NCBI GenBank assembly: GCA_963665295.1
Contig: OY762209.1
Coordinates: 1,984,001 to 2,048,000, forward strand
DNA length: 64,000 nt
Direction of reading: 5' to 3'
Source: Syntrophorhabdaceae bacterium
GTDB taxonomy: Bacteria; Desulfobacterota; Syntrophorhabdia; Syntrophorhabdales; Syntrophorhabdaceae
Part shown: positions 23,622 to 34,146 of the stretch, piece after piece
Layout: each line of letters begins with the position of its first letter
Position numbering within the stretch: the first letter of the stretch is position 1
Made by a program: the position numbers and the translations under genes
Notes under the pieces: generated by a model
What the model saw: only the letters and a program-made list of their open reading frames with translations
What the model was told of the DNA's origin: nothing
Database searches by the model: none

Positions 23622-24235
23622 AAAAGCTTATAGTTGTCCTCTTAGCGCTCTTTGTCTGGTCCTGCGGCGCGGGACCCGTGCATGTGGCCAAGACGGAAAA
23701 GGAAAGCATCAAGGACTCCTACAGCGAAGCCCAGTTGAGAATCCTTTACGATAAGAATAAACCGTTACTCCGTGACATTTACACGAGGCTCAAATCTTCG
23801 AAGGTGGACATCTACAAGGAAGGGATCGGTTTCACCACGTTGAAAGACGAGGAAGATGTGAGGCATTACTACCTTATGGTCAAAGTCAGACCGTCGGAAG
23901 TGGTCTTCGACGAAGGTGCGACCAAACCCGAGCAGAGATTCTCGAAGGTCATGGGCACGTATTTCGAAAAGTATTTCAACCTTGTGAACAGGACCGACAT
24001 TGAAAGGAGCGGGGCCGAGGGCCTCTGCCTGGGGATATACTGGCCCGTCCGTGATTATTCCCAATGCAAGGATAACGGCGGATTCATAGAATACATTATC
24101 GTGTACCTTTCCAGGGAAGACCTCACCGCCGTCTACGAAGGATACAAAAGCTTCGACGAAGTAGCCTCCGACGCCGAAATAATAGCCAGCCTCGGCATGA
24201 AGGCGCCGCAGCATATGCGACCCGTGTATCAGTAA
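23618..24235 (+). CDS. Hypothetical lipoprotein
   Basis: Lipobox-like VWSC after hydrophobic signal; coupled to merR. Confidence 0.7.
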   Translation: MKKLIVVLLALFVWSCGAGPVHVAKTEKESIKDSYSEAQLRILYDKNKPLLRDIYTRLKSSKVDIYKEGIGFTTLKDEEDVRHYYLMVKVRPSEVVFDEGATKPEQRFSKVMGTYFEKYFNLVNRTDIERSGAEGLCLGIYWPVRDYSQCKDNGGFIEYIIVYLSREDLTAVYEGYKSFDEVASDAEIIASLGMKAPQHMRPVYQ

Positions 24236-24336
24236 AAGGGGCTCACGTCGCCCCCTCGCCCGGCAAAGCCGGACGAGCCTCCCCCTCTCGCACGCCGTGC
24301 GTGCTGGGTGACACTTGGACTATGGGCTCACGTCGC
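24230..24336 (+). repeat. Single unit of the dispersed repeat family
   Basis: cagtaaaaggggctcacgtcgccccctcgcccggcaaagccggacgagcctccccctctcgcacgccgtgcgtgctgggtgacacttgg...ctcacgtcgc. Confidence 0.88.
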
Positions 24337-24444
24337 AGTTCCGTCTTTCAGGCGCTCCATCTTCAGGTATTGGCTCATCCCCCACTTAGTTCCCGCAATG
24401 TGACGAAGCCGGGCCGCGACCAGCGTGAGCGCCGAATTGCCGTG
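24337..24444 (-). pseudogene. IS256-family transposase C-terminal remnant
   Basis: Manual translation GNSALTLVAARLRHIAGTKWGMSQYLKMERL resembles IS256 transposase C-termini. Confidence 0.65.
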
Positions 24445-24830
24445 TTACCATAGGGCACGTAGTTGACTATCTTGACGAACAAGCCTTTCAGTGGTCATCA
24501 TTTCATCATCATGTAAGACACGGTCGTATTTCTCCGGCTCGGACACCTGCTTTACCTCGGCATAGTGGTCTTGGGTGATGTATTGCCATTTGAGGGCCGT
24601 CTTGAATGCGTCATTGAGGTGCCGGATATATGCGTTCAGGGATGTCGGCCTGCACCCCATCATGAGCACGTTATCGTGAAAGGCGTCTATGTCCCTCGGA
24701 GTGATCATGTTCATGATCTTGGTGCCCACGTGGTCTTTCAACTTGTTAAGGGCGGCTGCATTGAGGCGTACAGTCGCTTCTTCGCGGTTAGCTCGCCGGT
24801 GTTCAAGGTATTCCTTTATGAAGTCGGCTA
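24445..24830 (-). pseudogene. Tyrosine integrase fragment (SAM-like core-binding domain), truncated by IS630
   Basis: LADFIKEYL...ITPRDIDAF...TSLNAYIRHL..AFKTALKWQYI; no catalytic domain. Confidence 0.7.
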
Positions 24831-26050
24831 GTGTCACGTCACTCATCTAATGTCGGATAAAGTCGCCTAAGTTTCACCCGCGCATCCTTAGTAGTAAATT
24901 GCCAGTTCACCTTTGCGTTGAGATTGTCGCGATGGGCCTGCCAGGCAGACACGGCGGAGTGGACCTCGGCGAGAGTGTCGATCCGGCGACTCAGGCATTG
25001 ATGAATGAGCACGTTAAGCTCAATCTCCGCCATATTGAGCCAGCTTCCATGTTTGGGAGTATAGACGAATTCAAAACGGTCCCAGATGCGTTTTGCCTCT
25101 TCGGGAGAAAAGGCTTCATAAAGAGAGCCTGGTTTATGGGTGTTCAGGTTATCCATGACAAGGGTGATCCTTTTGGCCTTTCCATACCGTCCTGAAAGTT
25201 CCCGGATGAACTCCGCCCAGTCGCGCTTCGTTCTCCTTTCCGATACCTTGGTCAGGCGCGTGCCCGCCAATGGTTCGTTGGCCATAAATACGGTACAGAC
25301 GCCACATCGCTCGTATTCGTAGTCGTGACGCTCGAGCCGTCCCGGAGCGCGGGGAATCGGGGTACGCGTTTCTTTGATCAGTTGTCTTGGGGTTTCATCC
25401 ATACAGACCACCGGGAATCTTTTATCATACGGGCGTTTATATACATCGAGTACGTTCTCCATGGCGGCGACGAAATCAGCATTGCCCTCCGGTGGAATGA
25501 CCCATCCTTGCTGCTTCCAGGGTTTTGTTTCGTTTTTTTAAAACCCGACGCACGGTTTCATAGGAGATATTCTCGATATAATTGAGCGCTACGGCCCGGT
25601 TCGCGAGCATACGCAAGGTCCACCTCGCAAAACCTTCTGGTGGTTCGCTACAGCTCAAGGCAATGAGGTGGGCCTCGAAATCGCCATCCGCCTTCTTCTC
25701 GTAGACTCGCTCTGCTTTGTGTCCGGTAAGGGCAGTCTCAAGTCCTTCTTCCACGAATCGCTTTTTTACTCTATCTATCTTACGCATGCTGATTCGCAAC
25801 ACTGCCGATATATCCTCGTTCTTCATCGGGTGGTCCTGGAACCGGCCCTGATCGCAATTGAGAAGAACCAGCGCATTGAGCACCTTTTGGGCTTTATGAT
25901 TTCCTTTTTGCACCACGCCTTCAAGTTCCTTTCGCTCTTCTTTTTCGAGCACCACCCTATATTTTATCATTCGGACCTCCCCATGGTGAAATTTAACCCT
26001 TGAGGAGATTCTATATCATACTATACGACATTACAAGTGTGATGTGACAC
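24831..26050 (-). mobile_element. IS630-family insertion sequence (1220 bp), TA-flanked
   Basis: Inverted ends gtgtcacgtcactcatctaa / gtgtcacatcacacttgtaa; TA at 24829-30 and 26051-52. Confidence 0.92.
24839..25970 (-). CDS. IS630 transposase, orfA (25476-25970) + orfB (24839-25462), joined by probable -1 frameshift
   Basis: HTH orfA; DDE motifs VCMDE, VMDNLNTH, SWLNMAE; slippery TTTTAAAAAAAC near 25530-25545. Confidence 0.9.
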
Positions 26051-26379
26051 TAGGTTTCATTTTAGTTTCAGCCACATTTCTATCTTCTTGCGCCACGATG
26101 GAGACGGCCTACCATGGATATGTGATGAGAGGGAGCATCGTCGACGTGGTCGATTCCGAAGCCTACCTGTGCATAGGGTCAGCGGATGGCGCCAGGGTCG
26201 GGCAGGAGTTGAACGTGCACAGGATCAGACAGTCCTCGACGAATCCTAAGATGCCCTCGTTCCAAAGGATTGATGTGGGTAAAGTCAAGATTACGGCGAT
26301 TGTGGATGAACATTTTGCGAAGGCACTCGTCGTTTCCGGAAATGTGGAGAAGAATGATATCGTGGAGCTGAAGCAATAG
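26051..26379 (+). pseudogene. Lipoprotein, 5'-truncated by IS630 (possibly still expressed from an IS-derived GTG at 26044)
   Basis: Lipobox LSSC; signal peptide N-terminus cut at the IS end. Confidence 0.55.
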
Positions 26380-26408
26380 AAACTGCCGAAGAAGAGAAGA
26401 GGTAAACA

Positions 26409-26446
26409 GAGGCAAGGGGAAGCCTGGCGGGCTTCCCCTTGCCCTC
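26409..26446. terminator. Bidirectional hairpin between convergent genes
   Basis: gcaaggggaagcc-tggcg-ggcttccccttgc 13-bp stem. Confidence 0.6.
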
Positions 26447-26454
26447 ATGAGAGT

Positions 26455-26670
26455 TTACTGGCCTCTGTTGACTTTCTGCCAGTCGCCTGAACCACCTGTC
26501 ACTCCGGTGAAATAGTTTCCGGAAGTCGTGGGGCTGCACGAGTTTTCGCCGGGGCCCGAGCACGATCCGCACGACTGCTGCGCCGTACTGGCGGCAATGG
26601 TTACTCCTATCATTCCCACAAACATCATAACTGCAACTGCCATGGCTATTGCGAAACGTCTGATTTTCAT
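26455..26670 (-). CDS. Small secreted Cys-containing protein
   Basis: GGAGG RBS, signal peptide, SCGSC...C. Confidence 0.6.
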   Translation of the reverse strand: MKIRRFAIAMAVAVMMFVGMIGVTIAASTAQQSCGSCSGPGENSCSPTTSGNYFTGVTGGSGDWQKVNRGQ

Positions 26671-26744
26671 TCTTTCCTCCCGGTATAGTCCGCCTTGAGG
26701 CGGCTTTTGCTATGGTGCTGAGATGGTGAATTCGGAGGATCTCA

Positions 26745-27119
26745 TCAACAGAGCAGACGTTGAGTCACAAGAAAGACCGGTCTTGAATTGCCGTGTTGCG
26801 TAACCGTGTTGGCCGTGCCGTCAACCGAAAGCTGCGAAAAACGGCTTCCGGCGGTACCGCCGCTGTCCGTGCATCCGGGCATCGAAGAGGGTACGGAAAT
26901 GTATATTGCCTCCGCTGGCACGGCCCCGGCCGGCGTCTTGCACAGAATCATGGTGCCGCACGGCGCGTCGCACCCGTGCTGGTGATGAGGCATGCCGTAC
27001 GAAACGGCGCACCCATACCCGGAGCTGTCGGCGGCGAAGCAGGCCGTCCCCGACATGAGCCAAACCCCTATCAGTAGTGCTGCAAAAAGCGGGAATCCTC
27101 CTGATGGTCCCCGTTTCAT
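26745..27119 (-). CDS. Small secreted His/Cys-rich protein (124 aa) coupled to cusA
   Basis: ATGA overlap with the cusA stop; MKRGPSGGFPLFAALL...MPHHQHGCDAPC...QRLLC. Confidence 0.55.
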   Translation of the reverse strand: MKRGPSGGFPLFAALLIGVWLMSGTACFAADSSGYGCAVSYGMPHHQHGCDAPCGTMILCKTPAGAVPAEAIYISVPSSMPGCTDSGGTAGSRFSQLSVDGTANTVTQHGNSRPVFLVTQRLLC

Positions 27120-30100
27120 GGAGCGACTCCCTCCTTCTTCATCTTCCTCCCCCGCCAGATCATGAAGATGGAGGGATAAATGATAAGCTCCAGGATCGTC
27201 GAGGTAATCACCCCGCCCACCATGGGCGCGGCAATCCGCTTCATTATGTCCGATCCCGCGCCGTGGCTGAACATGATGGGCACGAGCCCGGCGAGAATGA
27301 CGCAGACGGTCATGATCTTCGGCCGTATCCTTTTCACCGCACCGTGCATGATGGCGTCTTTGAGGCCCTCCATGCTCGTGAGCTTCCCTTCCCGCTTCCA
27401 CTGGTCGTAAGCCAGGTCGAGGTAGAGGAGCATGACCACCCCGGTCTCGGCATCGAGACCGGCCAGGGCGATAATACCCACCCAGACGGCGATGCTCATG
27501 TTGTATCCCAGAAGCCAGAGGAACCAGAAGGAGCCGACGAGAGAGAAGGGGACGGCAAGAAGCACGATGACGGTCTTGGTCACCGACTTGGTATTGAGAT
27601 ATATGAGGACGAAGATGATAAGAAAGGTGAGAGGAATGACCATCTTCAGCCTCTCGTGGGTCTTGACGAGGTATTCGTACTCGCCGCTCCATTCAAGGCG
27701 GTACCCCTCGGGAATTTTGAGGCCGGCCACTTTCTTCTTGGCCTCCTCAACGTAACCGCCGATGTCCCTGCCGCCGAAATCGATGAAGACGTACGCGGCG
27801 AGAAGGCCCTCCTCGCTCTTGATCTGGGTGGGTCCCTTCACGATCTTGATTTCGGCAAGCTGCTCCAGGGGTACCTGGGCAATGACCGGCGAGACGGACG
27901 GGCTTCCTCTCGTTCCTCCCATGCCTCCCGAAGAAGCGGGGGCTTGTATGCCCACAGGCACGAGAACCCGTTTAAGCATATCTATATTACCCCTCAGTTC
28001 CCGGGCATAGCGGACATTCACGGGATAACGCTCCCTGCCCTCGATGGTGGTGGTAAGGTTCATGCCGCCGATGGCGGACTCGATCACTTCCTGCACGTCC
28101 TCCACCGAGAGGCCGTAGCGGGCCGCTTCCTTGCGATTTACCTCGAAATCGAGAAAATACCCCGTGGTGATGCGCTCGGCGTAGGCGCTCCTCGTGCCGG
28201 GGATATCCTTCACGTGATGTTCTATGGCGAGGCCGATTCTCTCTATTTCTTCAAGCTTCGGCCCCAGAACCTTGATACCCACAGGCGTCCTGATACCGGT
28301 GGCGTTCATGTCAACCCTCGCCTTTATAGGCATGGTAAAAGAGTTGGAGACCCCGGGAATGGAGAGAAGGTCGTTCATCTCGTCCTTCAGCTTCTCCACG
28401 GTCATACCCTTCCTCCACTGGGATTCCGGCTTGAGGTTGACGATGGTTTCGAACATTTCGAGGGGCGCGGGGTCCGTTGGTGTCTCGGCCCGTCCGGCCT
28501 TTCCGAAGACGGTGCCCACCTCAGGTATCTTCTTGAGCAGTCTGTCTTGAAGCTGAAGGAGATCGGAAGCCACGGTGATGGAAGCAGCGGGAGCGGTCAC
28601 CGGCATATAGAAGAGGGTCCCCTCGTAGAGGGGCGGCATGAATTCCGTGCCCAGCTTCATGAAGGGATAGACGGAGATTGCGAGGATGATGAATCCCGCG
28701 ATAAGCACCGTCTTTCTGAACTTCAGGGTAAATGACGCCACGGGCTCGTAGGCCCAGTGGAGGGCCCTGCTCACGGGGTTCTTTTCCTCGGGCCTGATCT
28801 TCCCCCGGATGAAAAGAGTCATGAGCACAGGGGTCAGGGTCACGGCCAGGAAGGAGGAAAAGAGCATGGCGAAAGTCTTGGTATAGGCGAGCGGGATAAA
28901 GAGCCTTCCTGCCTGGGCCTGAAGGGAGAAAACGGGCAGGAAGCCTACCATGATGACGAGGAGGGAGAAGAAGAGCGACGGCCCCACCTCCTTCGCCGCC
29001 TCGATAACGATATCGGTCCTCTTCTCCTTCCTGCCTCCCGCCTCCCATTCCTCGAGCTTCTTGTGGGCGTTTTCCACCATGATGATCGATGCGTCCACCA
29101 TGGCCCCTATGGCGATGGCGATGCCCGAGAGGCTCATGATGTTGGAGGTGACATGGAGGTAGTACATGCAGATAAAGGACATGAGGATGGCAATGGGCAG
29201 GGTGAGGATCACCACGAGGGCGCTCGGCAGATGAAAGAGAAAGATGATGCAGACGGCGCTCACCGCGATCGCGAGCTTGACAATCTCTTCCTTGAGCGTC
29301 CCTATGGCATGGCGGATGAGGTCGGAGCGGTCATAAGTAACCACCACCTTTACTCCCTTCGGGAGGGAGGGCTCTATGTCGTGGGCAATCTTCGCCTTCA
29401 CCCGGTCGATCACGTTAAGCACGTTCTCCCCGAACCGGACGACCACGATACCACCGGTCACTTCACCCTTGCCGTCAAGCTCCGCAAGGCCCCTCCTGAT
29501 CTCGGGTCCAAGCTGGACTTTGGCGATATCCTTTAGGTAGATGGGCGTACCCGCGCCGTTTGTGGCAACCGCTATGTCCGTGAGGTCGGAGAGGGTCTTG
29601 ATGTAGCCCCGCCCCCTCACCATGTATTCGATGCCGGAAAATTCGAGGACCCGGCCTTCCACGTCGAGATTGCTTCTTCTGACCGCCTCCATCACCTTCG
29701 TGATAGGGATGTTGTAGGCGAGGAGCCGGTTCGGGTCCAGGGTGATCTGGTACTGCTTCACGAACCCGCCCACGCTCGCCACCTGGGAGACTCCCGGCAC
29801 GCTCTCTATGGCGAGCTTCAGGTTCCAGTCCTGAAGGGAGCGGAGCTGGGCGAGGTCGTGCCCACCCGTCTCGTCAACGAGGGCATAGGAGAAACCCCAC
29901 CCCAAGCTCGTGGCATCGGGGCCGAGCACAGGGTTTATCCCCTGAGGCAGCTTATTCCTCACCGCCTGAAGGTATTCGAGCACCCTGCTTCTCGCCCAGT
30001 AGATGTCCGTTCCTTCATCGAAAATCACATAGATGAAGGAGCTTCCGAGGAAAGAGAAGCCCCGCACTGCCTGGACCTTCGGCGCGGCGAGGAGCGTCGA

Positions 30101-30310
30101 GGTGATGGGGTAGGTGATCTGGTCCTCCACCAGGTCGGGACTCCTTCCGGTCCAGTCCGTGTAAATGATCACCTGGGTGTCGGAGAGGTCGGGGATCGCA
30201 TCGAGGGGGGTCCTGAGTAGAGACCAGTATCCCCACGCGATGGCGAAGAAGACGAGGAGAAAGACCATGAACTTGTTACGGGCGCTTATTTCGATTATTT
30301 TTGCGATCAT
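27116..30310 (-). CDS. cusA: CusA/CzcA-family heavy-metal RND efflux permease
   Basis: DAIPDLSDTQVII, GPDATSLGW, GAMVDASIIMVEN, RIRPKIMT. Confidence 0.93.
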   Translation of the reverse strand: MIAKIIEISARNKFMVFLLVFFAIAWGYWSLLRTPLDAIPDLSDTQVIIYTDWTGRSPDLVEDQITYPITSTLLAAPKVQAVRGFSFLGSSFIYVIFDEGTDIYWARSRVLEYLQAVRNKLPQGINPVLGPDATSLGWGFSYALVDETGGHDLAQLRSLQDWNLKLAIESVPGVSQVASVGGFVKQYQITLDPNRLLAYNIPITKVMEAVRRSNLDVEGRVLEFSGIEYMVRGRGYIKTLSDLTDIAVATNGAGTPIYLKDIAKVQLGPEIRRGLAELDGKGEVTGGIVVVRFGENVLNVIDRVKAKIAHDIEPSLPKGVKVVVTYDRSDLIRHAIGTLKEEIVKLAIAVSAVCIIFLFHLPSALVVILTLPIAILMSFICMYYLHVTSNIMSLSGIAIAIGAMVDASIIMVENAHKKLEEWEAGGRKEKRTDIVIEAAKEVGPSLFFSLLVIMVGFLPVFSLQAQAGRLFIPLAYTKTFAMLFSSFLAVTLTPVLMTLFIRGKIRPEEKNPVSRALHWAYEPVASFTLKFRKTVLIAGFIILAISVYPFMKLGTEFMPPLYEGTLFYMPVTAPAASITVASDLLQLQDRLLKKIPEVGTVFGKAGRAETPTDPAPLEMFETIVNLKPESQWRKGMTVEKLKDEMNDLLSIPGVSNSFTMPIKARVDMNATGIRTPVGIKVLGPKLEEIERIGLAIEHHVKDIPGTRSAYAERITTGYFLDFEVNRKEAARYGLSVEDVQEVIESAIGGMNLTTTIEGRERYPVNVRYARELRGNIDMLKRVLVPVGIQAPASSGGMGGTRGSPSVSPVIAQVPLEQLAEIKIVKGPTQIKSEEGLLAAYVFIDFGGRDIGGYVEEAKKKVAGLKIPEGYRLEWSGEYEYLVKTHERLKMVIPLTFLIIFVLIYLNTKSVTKTVIVLLAVPFSLVGSFWFLWLLGYNMSIAVWVGIIALAGLDAETGVVMLLYLDLAYDQWKREGKLTSMEGLKDAIMHGAVKRIRPKIMTVCVILAGLVPIMFSHGAGSDIMKRIAAPMVGGVITSTILELIIYPSIFMIWRGRKMKKEGVAP

Positions 30311-30330
30311 CAGATTCCCTCCGGTCTCGC

Positions 30331-31641
30331 CTAGTGCCTGTGGCCGCCTGACGGAGCGGCAGCCGGAGCGGGTGCGCCTTTCTTTCCCCTTTCGGGCGCT
30401 TCCACACCCTTGAGTTTCGCTTCCGAATCGATGAGGAAGTTGGCCGATGAGGCTATCCTGTCTCCTGCCTTCAATCCCGAGCTAACCTCGATCATCTTTT
30501 CGCCCCGGACGCCGGTAGTAACCTGACGGGGCTCGAAGACGCCTTCTCCCTTATCCACGTAAACGATCTGCCTGAGCCCCGTGTCGATCACCGCTTCGTC
30601 AGGTACGGCGAGCCTGTTTCCCAGGTTGATCTTGAGCTGCACGTCGGTGAACATCTGAGGCTTCAACTGGCCCCCGTGATTGGGGATGCTGAACCTCACC
30701 TTTGCGGTCCTCGTCTCGGAGGAGAGGGCAGGAGAGACGAACTCTATGCGGGAGGAGAACTCCTTCGCCGGGAAATAGCTGAGCCTGATCTTCGCGGTCT
30801 CGCCCGTACGGATCGAGGGAAGCTCGTATTCGTAAATATCGGCGATAACCCAGACGTTCGAGAGGTCGGAGACGTCGAAGAGCTTCTCACCCCCCATGAC
30901 CTTCATGCCCTGGACCGCGTATTTCTGGAGCACGTAACCGCTCACGGGACTATAGATGGTAAGGGTGCGGATAGGCTTTTCGCTCTCCTCGATCTTCTTT
31001 ATCTGGTCGTCCGAGATATCCCAGAGCCTGAGCCTCTGCCGCGCCGCATCGAGGGTCAATTCGGCGTCCCTTTTGAGCATTGCGGCGAGATCGGGCTCCG
31101 CGCCGGTGCCCGCGGTCCTGAGGGCCTTTCTGTCCGCACTCTTCGCCCAGCGCACGAGGTTGATGAATTCCTGCTGGGTCGCCCACAACTCGGGGCTGTA
31201 GATGTCGGCGAGGCGCTCGCCCTTCTTCACATAGACCCCGGTGAAATTCACATAGAGCTTCTCGATCCATCCTTCTATCTTGGTGTTGACCGTAGTGAGT
31301 CTTCTCTCATCATACTCGATCTTCCCCACGGTCCTGATGATCTTTTCAAGAGGCTGGACGGAGGCTTTCGCGAGCCTTACCCCGATCAGCTGCTGCTTCT
31401 CCAGGGGGATTTCGATGGTGGGGGTCTCCTCGCCCGGCTGTTCCTTTGAAGAGGTTTCAGCAGCCTGGGGCTTTTCCGCCGCCATGCCGGGCATGTTCGC
31501 CATGCCCTGGGAGGACTGGTTCACCGCCGCGGCCTTGTCTACGGCGGGAGATTTCGCCTTCTGCCAGGGCCTTGCGAAGAGGAGCACGATACCCGCCACT
31601 ATTATGACCATGCCGATAACAATGATATTTTTCCGATTCAT
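30331..31641 (-). CDS. CusB-like periplasmic adaptor (MFP)
   Basis: GWIEKLY, IYSPELWATQQE, LKPQMF, NFLIDSE. Confidence 0.9.
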   Translation of the reverse strand: MNRKNIIVIGMVIIVAGIVLLFARPWQKAKSPAVDKAAAVNQSSQGMANMPGMAAEKPQAAETSSKEQPGEETPTIEIPLEKQQLIGVRLAKASVQPLEKIIRTVGKIEYDERRLTTVNTKIEGWIEKLYVNFTGVYVKKGERLADIYSPELWATQQEFINLVRWAKSADRKALRTAGTGAEPDLAAMLKRDAELTLDAARQRLRLWDISDDQIKKIEESEKPIRTLTIYSPVSGYVLQKYAVQGMKVMGGEKLFDVSDLSNVWVIADIYEYELPSIRTGETAKIRLSYFPAKEFSSRIEFVSPALSSETRTAKVRFSIPNHGGQLKPQMFTDVQLKINLGNRLAVPDEAVIDTGLRQIVYVDKGEGVFEPRQVTTGVRGEKMIEVSSGLKAGDRIASSANFLIDSEAKLKGVEAPERGKKGAPAPAAAPSGGHRH

Positions 31642-32936
31642 CTCGCTCCACCCCCGATCATGTCAGCCGTCGCCGTAAGTGCGTGAAGGCGGGCGATCGC
31701 CTTTTCGTGCTCCGTATGCTGGTTCCAGTAGAGAAGCTCCACATCAAGAAAGGTCTTGAGCCGGGTTACGACAGTAATGGCCTCCGTTTTGCCCGCCACA
31801 TATCCCGACAGTCCGAGCTGCACGTCCTGCTGCGCCTTCGGTATGAGGGCGTCTTTATAGAGGGTCATGAGCCTCCCCGCAGAGGTCTCCATGGAATAGC
31901 TCTCCCTGACCGACGAGGCGAGCATGAGCTCGGTGGCCTGAAGTTCGCTCTTCGCCTCGTTCACAAGGGCGTTGGCTTCGAGCGTCGCCTGGTCCTGCTT
32001 GGTCTTCTGCCAGATGGGCAGGTTTATGGTGGCCGTCAGGTTCCACATGTCCATAAGTCCCTGGGTACGGGGAAAATAGCTCGCCCCGATAGTGACGTCG
32101 GGATAGTACTCCTTTTTCACCATCTTCACCTTCGCCTCCGCGGCCTTGAGCATCTTCTCCTTCGATTTCACCTCCGGCGACTGTGTTTTGGCCAAGGAGA
32201 GAAGTTCGTCGAGGGGGAGGTCGAAACGGGTGAGAGGCATGTCCGCGGGCCTCCCGAGGGGGCTCGTCACCGGCCTTCCCACCAGGGAGTTGAGCATGCC
32301 CTTCAGGCTCTCCACCTTCTGTTTTTGCATCTCTTCTTTCTCAAGGAGCATGTACTTCTCCGTCTGGGCCATGAGTACTTCCTGCTGCGAGCCCGTGCCC
32401 GATGCGTAGCGCGACTGGGCCGCTTCCTCGACCCTCGCGAAGAGGTCCGTCCTGTCCTTCAGGATGTCGATGATCTTGTAAGCCAGGAAGAGCTCGTAGT
32501 AGACTTCCTTCACCCGTGAGGCGAGGCGGTGCTTTGCCGCCTCCCTGAGGGCGGCGATCCCCTCGGCGTCCCACTTCGCCATTTCCTCCTTGATCGACCG
32601 TTTTCCCGGAAAATAGAACATCTGGGAGAGGCTGAACATGCCCATGGCCTGGGTCTCTTCCCCGATGGTTATTCGCTGGAACCCCTCATTCTGGTACCCG
32701 AACATGAACATGGGGTCAGGGAGACTTCCCGCCTGGGGTATCCTGTACCGGGCCGCTTCCGTCCTTGAGGCGATAGCCCGGATGTCGGGGCTATTCTTCA
32801 TTGCCTCGTCGACGAGCTCCCGCAGATTGATCATATCCTCCGCAACAGCAGGACTCCATAAAAAGAAGAGCGAAAAGATAAGGAGAGCGACGGCCACACC
32901 TGCATAGGGTATTCTCTTCCTAATTGCTGATTTCAA
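31638..32936 (-). CDS. TolC-family outer membrane efflux protein
   Basis: SLPDP, YYPDVTIG; first gene of the RND triad. Confidence 0.88.
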   Translation of the reverse strand: MKSAIRKRIPYAGVAVALLIFSLFFLWSPAVAEDMINLRELVDEAMKNSPDIRAIASRTEAARYRIPQAGSLPDPMFMFGYQNEGFQRITIGEETQAMGMFSLSQMFYFPGKRSIKEEMAKWDAEGIAALREAAKHRLASRVKEVYYELFLAYKIIDILKDRTDLFARVEEAAQSRYASGTGSQQEVLMAQTEKYMLLEKEEMQKQKVESLKGMLNSLVGRPVTSPLGRPADMPLTRFDLPLDELLSLAKTQSPEVKSKEKMLKAAEAKVKMVKKEYYPDVTIGASYFPRTQGLMDMWNLTATINLPIWQKTKQDQATLEANALVNEAKSELQATELMLASSVRESYSMETSAGRLMTLYKDALIPKAQQDVQLGLSGYVAGKTEAITVVTRLKTFLDVELLYWNQHTEHEKAIARLHALTATADMIGGGAR

Positions 32937-33044
32937 AGCCTACCTCCATAGCGACATTCCGTTTTGTCAATTCCTCACGAGCGGCATCCCCGCCGCGGCC
33001 ATCTCTGTGCCGATGGTTCCACGGAAACTCGTCCCCGAGCCGCT

Positions 33045-33434
33045 CTACTTGGCGTCCACGGTGAATTTCGCCGATGCCGTCTTCCCGTCACGGGTTACCT
33101 TTACTTCATTGTTCCACGACCCCGGCATCGAGTAATTCACCTTGGTCTTATAGATCCCCCCGGACGGCTGGGCGTCGGCCTTGTAGCTCATTGCCGGCAT
33201 ACCGGCCATGGCGGGCATGGAATAGGTGAGAGTTACCTTAGCGTCGGACACTACCTTTCCCGAGGCGTCCGTGATGGCGATCTCCACGTTATTGGGCCCC
33301 GCCACGGGTGGGTTCTTGTCGATCTTTATGACCACGTTGTAATCGCCCGCCTTCTTGTTTACCTCATAGTTCTTCGCGTATGCGACACCAGTGAGGAGGG
33401 CCAGTGCCAGCACCAGAATGGACAATGTTTTCAT
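33045..33434 (-). CDS. FixH/YtkA-like Met-rich periplasmic protein
   Basis: Signal peptide; YSMPAMAGMPAM, SMPGSW. Confidence 0.75.
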   Translation of the reverse strand: MKTLSILVLALALLTGVAYAKNYEVNKKAGDYNVVIKIDKNPPVAGPNNVEIAITDASGKVVSDAKVTLTYSMPAMAGMPAMSYKADAQPSGGIYKTKVNYSMPGSWNNEVKVTRDGKTASAKFTVDAK

Positions 33435-33499
33435 ATCCTTCCCCTTTCTTGTTTGATTAATTAATATAAGTATATGCATCTGTCGTCGTTCAGCAACCG

Positions 33500-34075
33500 T
33501 TAACCACCCCCGTCCGCCACCTTCAGAACCCGGCACGCGTAGGCCGTGTACTCCGGGTTATGGGTCACCATCACGACGGTAACCCCATTGGCATTAAGGT
33601 CCCCGATGAGCCCCATGATCTCTTTCCCGGTCCTGGAATCGAGGTTTCCGGTGGGCTCGTCGGCAAGGAGTATGGCGGGCTGGTTGACGATGGCCCGTGC
33701 AATGGCCACCCGCTCCTGCTCGCCCCCGGAAATCTGGTTCGGGAGCCTCGCTGCCTTACCCGATAACCCCACCCTCTCAAGCGCCCCGAGGGCGGACTCC
33801 TGTTTTGCCCTCCTCGGGGCTTTCAGGGTCGCCATGGGCACCATCACATTTTCCGCAAGGGTGAGATAGGGGATGAGATTGAAGTTATGAAAGACGAACC
33901 CTACCGATTCCCTCCTGAAATCGGAGCGCTTCTCCTGGCCCAGCGAATAGACATCAATGCCGTCCACCGTCAGCCTCCCCGTGGTGGGACTGTTCAAGGC
34001 CCCCACGATGGAGAGGAGGGTCGATTTCCCCGAGCCGGACTCGCCGACGATGGCGACAAATTCACTCCCACGGCA
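33500..34075 (-). pseudogene. Truncated ABC transporter ATP-binding protein (LolD/MacB type)
   Basis: GESGSGKST, ISGGEQERVA, LADEPTGNLD; native N-terminus missing; no permease adjacent. Confidence 0.7.
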
Positions 34076-34146
34076 GGATCGGAAACGGGGCAAGGAAAGT
34101 GCTCTCCGGTGAAGACCTTCAGGCCACGTGTTACCGGTCCGACTCA

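Noticed and set aside
27077..28735. Long antisense ORFs (552 aa here; also 2115-3299, 16557-18059, 54208-55821)
   Set aside because: Shadow frames opposite well-supported genes in GC-rich DNA, with no recognisable motifs.
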